A stretch of DNA of 64,000 nucleotides from Vicugna vicugna (lineage: Eukaryota), in the NCBI GenBank assembly GCA_013265495.1, contig MU058000.1:682001-746000 (forward strand), in the 5' to 3' direction. The position numbers and the translations under genes are program-made. Under the pieces are notes generated by a model. It ran no database searches. It had not been told where the DNA came from and was given only the letters and a program-made list of their open reading frames with translations. Of the stretch, positions 53,620 to 64,000 are shown piece after piece; within the stretch, counting starts at the first letter, position 1; every line of letters begins with the position of its first letter.

Positions 53620-54861
53620 CTGGGTGGGAAGGGCCAAGTTGAAAAAAATGTGCAGGTTACTCACTGGCCTTCCCAGGCGGGGCGGGCACACCCAGGAGGA
53701 GGGAGAGGCAAAGCACAGACAGGGAGATTCTTCAGAGGCTGGGCGTGAGATCTTGCTTCTCATTCCGTTTGTTAATGCTTCCTGAACTTTAAACTCAATC
53801 CGCACAAGCATGGGTACTTTGGGGAGGCAAATAACACTTGCGGAATTAGATTCCAAGGGCTCAACGCAAAGGCTACTTTGAAAAGGGCAATGCATTAGTG
53901 AACATACTTTTCAGTTTAACCCTGAAACTTGTTTCCACTGTGTCTGAGCATCAGTGCTGGCACAGAAAATGAGAGTAAGGGGCAACCTTCATGCAGTGAG
54001 GGGCTTGGAGAGGCAAACTCGGGTGCAATGTAGACAATGAAATTCTCTTTTAGGCCCTAAGTTTCAGAGAAACAAGATTCTTTGCCTTGTATAAGAGGCA
54101 CAGTCTTGAAGTAGGTATCTGAAAATCAAGATTTTAGAAATGGATTCACATGGAAAATCCATGAACTTGTTACCTGACAGCCTGGCCTTTGATAAACTGT
54201 GAAATAAAGCCTTTCAGAAACGGAGGGACCCTTCAGTAATTTGTTTTGGTCAATGGGGCGTTCACGAACAAAGGCACAGCAGTGTTGCAGTGGGTGGAGA
54301 CAGAGAGATGGGGGAGGATGAGGAGAGCCAACACCTGTGAGTACCACTGTGGACCAGGTACTTAATCTCATTCATTCCTGAAAACACCCTCAGGAGGGAG
54401 GTATCATGCTTCCTCTTGCAGGTGAGCACTCAGAGACCCGGACACTAGGTACCCTCGCTAGAGCTCAGCCGGCTTGTGGGTGGAGAACGCAGGAAAACGC
54501 ACCTGGGTTTGTCTGAATCTGCACCAGACACGTCTCCTACCATTCACCTTTCTTCCACTTGCAGTTGACCAAAAGTTTAGTCGCCTTTTCTTAACTTTTA
54601 TTTCCAAAATCGATATGCCATGAGACATAATTCTGCAGAATATTAATAGGTGTCATAAAGGTGAAAAAAAATGTGCCGCAAAGGTTTCTTTACTATAGCC
54701 CCTCACAAGCGTTAATGTGCTAATTTATACTGTGCATCTCCAAGATCAGGACTTATTAGGTGTCATGTTTCCTTTCCCAAAGGCTTTCCTCTCGGGAGAA
54801 GGAGATCATGTGGGTTTGGGAAACACTCAACAGAGACAAGCTATTGTACTTTTCTCCCCCT

Positions 54862-55168
54862 CTGCTGTGTTTACGTCCCCAAATTCACATGCTGGAATCT
54901 GAATGCTCAATGCGATGGTATTAAGAAGTGGGGCCTTTGGGAAGTGATTAGGTCATGAGCGTGGAGCCCTCACAAATGAGATTAGTGCTTTTATAAAGAA
55001 GCCCTTCCACCCTGTGAGGATACAAGTCTGTGATGCCAAAGAGGGCCCTTACCTGACCATGTTTGCACCCTGACTTCCAGCCTCCAGAATTACGAGAAAT
55101 AAATTTCTGTTGCTTATAAGTCACCCAGTCTGTGGTATTTTGTTAAAGCAGCCTGAAAGGACTAACAC
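54862..55168 (+). mobile_element. MaLR LTR (MLT1A-like)
   Basis: ccccaaattcacatg...gggcctttgggaagtgattaggtcatgag...gacttccagcctccagaa...aataaatttctgttg...cagcctgaaaggactaacaca. Confidence 0.8.
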
Positions 55169-57654
55169 ACCTTCCTTTTTTTTTTTTTAATTTTTTGAAC
55201 TTATTAAAAAATTCATGATAAAAAATTTCAAACAGTATATATAAGGATATAAAATCAAAAGTAAAAACCTACTTATTCTCTCTGCCAACCAGTCCCATTC
55301 CCTAGAGGTAACCGCTGTTCGTAATTTCTTATGTATCTGCTTCAGAAATTCTTATGTGTATAAAGCATATATGAACATCCTTTTAAAAATAGCACAACTG
55401 GGGCAAAAGCATAAACATGATGTGTTATTTATCTGGCACTTTTTTTCTTTAAATGTAATAATGTAGTTGGGATTTTTCCATATCAGCAAAGAGAACTGCA
55501 GCTGGCAAGTCAGTCAAAAAAGGCAAAAGGCAGGTCTGTTAATGTGAGATTCCTGCATCACTGAAGGGTCCCCTACACGGGTCACAGTGTGCTTGCTAAC
55601 TCCACGTCAGAGCGCCCAGCTGCCCTTCCTGCTGCTGCCCACCCTCCACACTTGACACTGTGTACAGGCTGGGGAGGACCCTAAGACCGGAACCACACCA
55701 CCAGTCATTATGACACAGGATCCATAATGGTGATGACAATGACACCTCAGCCACTATAGTTTTTCTTTTTCTTTCTTTTTTTTTTTTTTAACATTTTGGA
55801 CATATTCATTCGATGAAGCCTTACTCTCAACAACCCTATGAAGTCATGCTCTTACTAACTCCATTTTCAGATTGAGAGAGCCATCTTTGAGTGCACGCCC
55901 AGCACACAACAAGTGCACAACAAATGCTTAAAGTTCTATCAATGAAGTAAAGGTGATGTCTGTTGATCTCCGCCCCACGATGCAATCCTCCAAGTGGCAC
56001 TAGAAAGCGGGTCCCATTTTCCCTTAGGAATGACGTTGTAACTGGGGGTTCTGTTCCAAAACCTGACCTTGGCTTCCTACAAATTCCAGCTATAAAAAGA
56101 GCTTGTAAAACAGAGATACAACACATCTCGTTTAAAAGAGCAGGGTGAGGTTCCATGACTCAGATTTTAAGAGATTAGCCCCAACAACCCTTCCTTCTTA
56201 CTGATCAGTGAAATAACATCCAGAAAATGTGGGGGTCTCCTCTGGGCACATACCGTGTCACACTGTCTCAGTCATGAAACAATTTTTAAACATGCAAACC
56301 TTTGAACCCCACATGATTGGCTGCACAAAGGACTCCAATATACTCTGTATGTGCACATGGAACACACCGTATCACAAATCTGACATAATATTAGTACCCA
56401 CGTTAGAACAGGCGTCAAATACTTAATTAGAAATAGATTTTCGAGCCTTCCTAGGACTTAAAAGGTCATTTGAGACATGATTGGACTGACTCGTTTCTCT
56501 CAGGAAAACCGTCTAGGGATAACGGGACTCAGTGCCCTCTTATTCTCTCAATACATCTTCCTTTGAGAGCCCGAGGCCTTCAGCATCAGCCTACGGGGTC
56601 TCTCTCCGCAGCACAGCTGCAGGAGCACCTCTGCGCTTCGGGACATCGCTCAGGGCCTGAGCTCGGTTTGGGGTGCCCGTGCTTTGACCTGATCCTCCTG
56701 CCAACCCCTCCCTCTCTCTTTTTGTTCCCCATCCACCATTCTGAACAAGGAAAGCCTCGAAGGTGAGTTTACCTCATAGAGGGGCTGACCAAGAGAAGGC
56801 AGGAGGAGGAGAGACTCACCTTCCCTCAGGGCGGCTACATCTGACTGGATGCCACGAGAAAAGACAGGGAGCCTGACTCCTTCCCTCCTCCACTTTGACC
56901 CCCACCCCAGTGCCAGGCTGTACCTCTCAGCACAGCGCTTACAAGATGGTAGGAGTTTTTTCATTTTGGGGGGTATCTGTCCCCTGTCCTGTCCTCTAAT
57001 TCAGCATAATCTTCATGTTCAATGCATTATTTCTCATTCTCAATTATATTTGGCAACAACCATCCAACCACCAAGAAGCCTACGCCTGGCACAGTAGCAC
57101 AGCCCTGACATAGGCACACGTTTAAAAGACACACGTGCTGGCTTGGGCTGCCCTGCGGTCAGGCGTCGGGCAGGAACGGCAGTGATTGATGGCATCCGAG
57201 ACCGGGTCCCAGTTCTGCTCTGGACGCTCTGGTCAGGTCACAGGTCGGAACTCCAGCTTCCTCGACTCTCGAGTGAGGATAATACCATCCACCTCCTGAG
57301 GCTGTGATTGAAGATTAACTGCAGAAAGTATGTAAAACATTCTGTAAACGGAGGAGTTCCGGGGACCAGCATGAAAAGCAGGTAGGGCCCGTCCCTGCTC
57401 TCAGCTCTCTAAATGTGTGGGCGGTGGAGCATGACAATTGCTGTAGAAGAGAAACTAAGTCGTTTCTGTTGTTTGCGATCACCCAGCCCACAGCCTGCTC
57501 AGCTGCTGTTCCAGAGCAGGTCCATCAGAGCACTAACCAGGAAGTGAACACCATTGCAGTAGAAAATGGACCAGCCTATTTTCATGTAGACACGATTGTT
57601 ATCCTCCATTCCTCTTCTTTTATCAGACCTTCTGAACAACTTCCTTTTAGCATA

Positions 57655-58400
57655 ATTATTAAACTATTTTCAAATGTTTTGTTATGGAAGTGGAAAAAGA
57701 AATTTGTAACAAACCTCCCATATATATCACCAGCTTCAATAATTATCAATGCGTTCAAATCTTGTTTCACTCATATCCCTACCGTCTCTGCATTACTTTG
57801 AAGCAAATTCTCAGTATCATACTATTTTATCCAAAAACACTTCTACATGTATATCCAAAAGCTAAGGTTCTGTTTGTAAGCACAACCAAAATATTACATC
57901 CAAAAATAAACTGTATCACCCAATATCTAGTCAGTATTAAAATTTCTCCAAATGTCTCAAAGATTTTTTTTGCACGTTATTCAAATGAATCCTGCAATTA
58001 ATTGATAAATGCTGTCTTTTTTAATATAAAATTTCTTTTTCCAACTTTATTTTTTCCTTGCAATTTATTTGTTAAAGAACCTGGTTCTTTTGTCGTATAG
58101 ACTGTCCCACGATCCACATTTTGACGATGTTGTGATTTAACTAGTTTCTCTCTGCCCTGTATTTCCTGTGAACTCACAGTTAGATCGAGGAACTTGATAA
58201 AATCCGTATCTGGTTTGGGGATAGAACAGTGAACTGACAGGTGGTCTTGTGTGCTTCCACCAGGAGGCAGCTCGTATTGATTATGTCTGCTTTTGTGCGC
58301 TTGGCAGCCACTGAGAATCAATGCCCAAGTCTTACTTCATAGGGACTGGAAAATGGCGATTTTCTCCCATTATTTCTCTACTTATTAATTGGGAAGCTAT
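57655..58400 (-). mobile_element. Ancient L1M 3' fragment, reverse
   Basis: T-rich degenerate L1ME/MC-like 3' sequence; recognition is approximate. Confidence 0.5.
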
Positions 58401-58649
58401 GAATATTAAAGATTGATATTTGCCTGAAATGAAAGCATATATTTCCCATTTCTGCTTTTGGCCATGAGCTGTCACGTTACACACTATATCAGTTCCTTTC
58501 TACCTACCTATTTTATTAAAATCTATTATACTGAAAAGATGATTTAGTTTAAAAAAAAACTGCTCGGTTAGATTTCTAGGGAAAACAACTGGGAAACATT
58601 ATTCAGAAACTTTCATTCAAAGGGTAAAGAAAGACAAATCCACAGCACA

Positions 58650-58850
58650 TCATTCAGATTCAAACTTGATTGTTCACTTGTGAGCTCTAAGACACTGGTC
58701 GAAGTTTTAAACATTCCAACCCTCAGTTTTCTCATCTATAAAATGGGGATGATAATACCTACTTTATGGCTTTTATGAGGATTCATGATAAAGTATGCAA
58801 AGAACAGTGTCCAGAAAAGAGTAGACCCTCAACAAAGTGCAGTTACTGCT
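58650..58850 (+). mobile_element. MIR SINE
   Basis: cctcagttttctcatctataaaatggggatgataatacctac. Confidence 0.75.
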
Positions 58851-59252
58851 AGCTTCAGCACTGTCTCCTCCCTACTTAGCAACAGCGGTTGCTCAATAAA
58901 TGCTGGGTGAATAAATAAAAGGCTGCTGGCTTTGCTTTGTCTCAAACAGATGACAGTCTTAATATTTCAAGATGCTGAGAATATAAAAGCGAAAAAATGC
59001 AGTCTCTGCTCATGAATTTACATTTAATTATATGAAGGAATGGAAAAGGCCATTATTTGCTCCCAGTTTAATTATCTCAGTTGGCTATTTTGAAAATAAG
59101 TACTGCTGGTAACCCAGAGGGTTGGGGCAAGAGGGGAGAGTGGGACCAACTTAACCACATCACCAGAGACGTGAGAAGACATCAGTATTCTCCAAAAGAA
59201 AGATAAACCTATACTGTTACTACCTTTGACTTGGCCTGAGATGTTCACCTAA

Positions 59253-59704
59253 CGTAGTGGGTTGAACGGTATCCCCCTAAAAGTTAGGCTGACATCCTAC
59301 CCCAGAACCTGTGACTGTGCCCTTATTTAGAAATACAGCCTTTACAAGCATAATCTACATTAGACACAGTCATACTGAATTAGAGTAGAGTCTAAATCCA
59401 ATCACTGGTGTCCTCATAAGGGACAGGGAGACACAGAGATACACAGGGAAGACTGTGTGAAGACAGACTCATAGATGGAAGTCATGCTGCCATAAATCAA
59501 GAAATGCCAAGGATTGGCAGTCACCACCAGAAGCTAGATGAGGCAAGAAAGGATTCTTCCCTGCAACATTTTGAGGGAGCATGGCCCTTCTGATACATTG
59601 ACCTAGGATTTCTAGCCTCCAGAACTATGAGACAATAAGTTTCTCTTGTTCTAGGCCACCCAGTTTGTGGCAACTTGTTTCAGCAGCTCCAGGAAACTAA
59701 CATA
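59253..59704 (+). mobile_element. MaLR LTR (MLT1B/C-like)
   Basis: gggttgaacggtatcccc...taaatccaatcactggtgtcctcataag...ccaccagaagctag...ctagcctccagaactatgagacaataa...ggaaactaa. Confidence 0.8.
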
Positions 59705-61068
59705 TCCAGTGAACTCAGACCAAAGACATGGACCAGTCAGCCTCCTTGTGGCTCAAACTGTTTAGTGGGATAGAGAGAGGAGAGGGGATGGGGTCCTAGA
59801 CAGGCGAACTTGAACCAGTTTTAATTCATCTTACATCAGCTGGGCCCATGACTGACTCTTCAAAGCTGTGCAAGTACCAACAGGCAAGCCAGCTTTACCT
59901 GAAAAGCAAGTAGACAGAAGCCACAGAACTTGTTGGCACTGGTACCTTAGGAATGAGAACGCTCTCTGAAATTCAGCAGGGGAAACACTGACATCTCCTT
60001 CAACAGCCAGGCTTGGTGGGGGCCGCACTCTGCCCTGGGCACCCACTTCTCCATCCTTACTGTATCTTAGGGAGGCTCTATGGTGGTCTAGAGAAGATGT
60101 GCAGCATTCCCCTGGTTGCCCAACCACATGGAGCTTCGGCTCCCACCCCTCATGCTGGGAGAGGAAGTCAGCGCAGTGATGCAGCAGAGAACTTGGCGTG
60201 TGAGAGGTGCTGCTTGGGCACCCTTTATAAAGCCATGGTCTGAATGCTTGTCATAGTAACGAATGGTGTGGGCACTCACAAACGTTCACTGAGCCCCCTT
60301 TGTGGGCCAGGCCCTGCATTGACACTGGAGAGACTAAGAATGAGCTACAGTTTTTGATAAATTAATTGTGTTAGGGAGGTGGGGTTAGAGATGGCTCCTT
60401 TTTTTCCCTTAAAATGTCTTTTAATTTTATAATAATGTTTTATAATAAAATACTTAAAACTCTGATCAAATTTTTAAAAAAGATGTGGGAAAAGCTGCCA
60501 CGTGTGTATGCATGTGTGTATACGTGGTGTGTATATATATATATACACACATATATATTCCCCCCTACATTGCTCCATCTTTCATCAAGGCACAGCACAA
60601 GGTACCTCGGGAGACTGTCCACCCTCCGATTCACCCTCACCCACACTGCACTCTAACACTGGGTCAGTAGCACATGACTTAGCACTTAGTTGGTGGCTAA
60701 TTATGTCAGGTGTGCTAGTTTTATTTCCCTGGATTGGCTCCCCCAGGGCAGGAATTACCTCCTTTCACACCAGCTGTTAGCACCTGCTCAAAAACCCACC
60801 ATACCCCAGGATTAGCTGGCCTCATAGATGGGACGATGTCATAGACTTCTCTGGACCTTCCTGGAGAACAAGCCACAACAAGCTGTCTAGTGATCATGTT
60901 GGGACAAGGAAGGAAGCAGAGGGACTACGACTGAGAGTTCTGCTCATATTGAGAGTCTGCTTATTCATTTCCCATTGGTTTATCCTGAAATGGAACCACC
61001 AAGACCACAGGGCAAACACACAGGTGGACTAAGAGAGCCACCTGTGAGGCCCCAGCATCGGGAAACAG

Positions 61069-61113
61069 GTGTGTGTGTGTGTGTGTGTGCACGTGAGTAC
61101 CCGTGTGTGTGTG
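61069..61113. repeat. Interrupted (GT)n microsatellite
   Basis: Directly visible in the sequence. Confidence 0.9.
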
Positions 61114-61539
61114 GGCATTGGCACATGTACGACACTGGAAGGCTAAAGCAAATAAAGGCCTTCTTGGTGGCGTCTGGAATTTTACTGCTTCTTCATGACT
61201 GCCACAGATGCTTTGGATGCTTGCGGGAAGCACAGGACAATTTAGCCCCGCACATCTGTGGAAATGTGGGGATAGGGTATTACGTGCCAGACACCGTGCT
61301 AAGTCCCTGATATCTGCCCCTCTATCCTACTCAAGGGCTCTACCACATAGTACTAGCCCTGTTTCAGTGGCTGGAAAACTGCAGAAAGGGCAGAGCCAGG
61401 TTGCGTCTCCTGTCTCAGTGATTCCAGCGTAGACTTTCTGCGTGAACACAGTTCAACACTACTGGGAGGGCGGGGGGAGAGCGATAATAAGTTGTTAGAC
61501 CCCAGCCATTTTTCTCCTGTACGTGCATCCATCACTCAC

Positions 61540-61692
61540 CAACATGAGCAATGAACTCTGACCAGAGACCCTCAAATGACTCCCCAAAGCTGCCTTGACG
61601 CATCTCTCCATCCTCTGAGCACCTCGTCGAAGCTGCAGAACCAGGGTTAAAAGCTGCGTAAGCTGCATCCTCCCTCCTCTCCACACCAGCAG
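61540..61692 (-). CDS. Candidate additional STON2 cassette exon, 153 nt, phase 1/1
   Basis: Pyrimidine-rich acceptor tttgtatgtctttcacctccatcag|, consensus donor TTG|gtgagt, 51 codons, no stop in the STON2-compatible phase. Confidence 0.5.
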
Positions 61693-62689
61693 CTGATGGA
61701 GGTGAAAGACATACAAACCAAACCAAAGGCTCCCTGGAGCCCACATCCTCCACTGCGGGCCAGCCACCGTGGGAGGGGAAAAGGGAGCCCCGCCGCCTCC
61801 AGTCCTCAACAGCCTAATGAAGATTTGGCCTGTCATCTTCCCAGGGAACCAACTCCACGGCTGTCTGAGAGACGCCAATTTTCATTCTCGAACAACACGG
61901 CAGATCCTCCTTTGAAACCAAAAGTCAGTAATAAAACAGATCATAAACATGTACGGGGTTATAACCCTGGAAGAGTCAGTGGCTGGGTTTCTCCCAGCCC
62001 CCGGGCCTGTCAAAACCAAAGTCCCAGGAAGCTCCTTCATGTCACCACTGGGGAGGGGCGAGGTTGGTGGAGGTCACGGCTGCTGCGGACAGCACTCTTG
62101 GCCCAGGTCCCTCGTGGTCTCAAAGTCATGGGCGTATTTGTCTGATATTGTCTACTAGCAAATGAGGATATCCAGCTTGCAATGCAGATGTGGGGTGAAT
62201 CTGAAAAAAAGTCACATTCACACTCCAAAATGTCTAAGACTCTAGCACACAAATGACCAAAAAAAAAAAAAAAGTAACTACTTTGTACATATCATCAGCA
62301 GGCACTACTTTTTAATCCAGCAAGGAAAGCTGAACGATTTCCTTGTTAGACTTATTTTATTTATACCCTTCGAAATCTCTCTCCTGGGGATATAAATTCC
62401 AGGAAAGAAGTCATCATTATTCAGACATTAAAAATATTTTTACTGTTGAGGTCTCCAAAAGAGCTTGAGTACATTAAACCTGCCTCAGTGCTTTGAATTT
62501 CTTTTGTCATCTTTGCAGATCTAAGCTAAGTTGTAAACTGTTTGCTTGAACAGTTTACAAATAAACTGTTTCTAGGACTGAGGGTGTTTAGCTCTTTTCA
62601 AATAGGGAAGAAGTTGTCATACGGAAAAAAGGTTGGATTTATCCTTTGTGGATCCAAGGCACGGTGATAATAAGAATTATTATTATTAT

Positions 62690-62920
62690 GCTAGAAGAGC
62701 TGACATCTATTAAAAAGGTCTATAATATCAAACAGTTTTCTAAGAGCATTAAATATATTTTGCACTCACCTTCCCATCACCTTGTGAAGTGATTACTGTG
62801 ATTGTTCTCATATTGTAGACAAAGAAACTGAAGCTCAGAAAAGTTAAGTGTCTTGTACAAGGTCAAACTGCTGGTAAGTATGGAAGCCAGTGTTCAAACT
62901 GGGCAGTTAGTTGCCAAAGG
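62690..62920 (-). mobile_element. MIR SINE
   Basis: gaaactgaagctcagaaaagttaagtgtcttgtacaaggtca. Further MIR relics lie near 27.7, 30.2, 35.2, 36.7, 40.3, 43.2 and 54.4 kb. Confidence 0.7.
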
Positions 62921-64000
62921 ACTAGTGGGTAGATAGTAAACATCACTTGAGCGTGGAAGGGGCTGCCTCTGTAGTGAGCGCATCCTTCAAAACGAGGTGT
63001 TCAGGTAGTGACTGCTGTACTGAGAACTCAAGCTTCACTTGGGACATATATTGGCAAACTACCCCCTCGGGTCCCCAGTGATGCTCAGCGACTCACATTC
63101 CATTCTATTGAGCTGCTCAGAATCAACATACTTTTATTTTCTAGGATTCTATAGTTATATGTTCCACATTTGTCAAGAAGATCATGTGTCATTCAAAAAG
63201 CAGAGGATCAATTTGTCATCACATATGACATTCAGATTTCTGCCTAAAGAAAAGAGGCAGGTTTGTATACCTGTTTTGAAACTGCTTCCCTTTCTTCCTT
63301 CTCAGAAGAAGATGGTAAAATCTGTGTTTGTCATAAGTCCCTGTTCTAAAGCCGAGAAGCCCATCAGTGGGAAGGATGTTACACAGCACCTGTAGCTCGT
63401 CCTGCTCTTAAACAAGCCCCACTTAGAATAGATGTTGAGATTCAAGCATGGCAGTGAGGCCAGAGATGATGCTGGCACTGAAAGCCAGGTGAGATTCCAT
63501 TAGACCAGCCTCTGGGAAGTCACTGTGCCACTTCCAGGGCATGAGTAATCGGCCAGACCCAGTACCCAGGTCCCCTCTGCTGGAAGTGTTAGTCTAAGAA
63601 GCATCTATAAACGTGAGACGTGAAATACTAGGCTCGTTGAAAGACGTGAAATGTTGGCTCCCTTCACCACTTTTTTCCTTCACTTCATTTACTTAAATAT
63701 TAGGCCACAGTTCAAACTCCACAATACACTACGGAGCTTTCAAAACCAAGGAAGTGGGTAGTGTACTAAGTTCATCACCCAGCGTTGAAATAGCTAAGAT
63801 GAGAATCCTGACCAAGTTTCTAAAACAGTGACAGCCACCATATGTTGTTATTCTCAGGGCCAACAGCTAGGATTCTAGACCTCAAGCAAGCTCTTCATGT
63901 CTTCCTTTCTTTCGACTCCCAGTTCTTTGCCAGTTTTGCCAAAGCACAGTTTCTGGGCACCTGGAAGGAAGAAAGGACATGTCTTCTTTTTGGGATCTGA

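Noticed and set aside
61696..62145. 149-aa plus-strand ORF
   Set aside because: Pro/Ser/Arg-rich composition typical of GC-rich noncoding DNA, with no recognisable homology.
1..64000. Prokaryotic-type systems (CRISPR arrays, operons, defence islands)
   Set aside because: The sequence is intron-rich mammalian DNA; no regularly spaced repeat-spacer array or dense coding region was seen.

Overview
Mammalian genomic DNA, probably camelid judging from a tRNA-derived SINE family and artiodactyl-type L1 3' ends. It holds the 3' part of STON2 (stonin-2, an endocytic sorting adaptor) on the minus strand. Four coding exons could be placed with exact GT-AG boundaries and consistent phases: 53619-53449 (171 nt), 14562-12724 (1839 nt), 6898-6696 (203 nt) and 5160-5077 (84 nt, ending in TGA). 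A long putative 3'UTR follows, and the 5' exons lie beyond the window end. The rest is intron filled with SINEs, L1 fragments, ERV1-type solo LTRs with readable TSDs, MaLR LTRs, MIR/L2 relics and one 86-N gap. I found no clearly new multi-gene system. The most notable observations are several candidate frame-preserving phase-1 cassette exons (best: 61692-61540), a possible frameshifting internal donor in the 171-nt exon, and a splice-dependent switch between a CaaX (CGVQ) C-terminus and a hydrophobic read-through tail.
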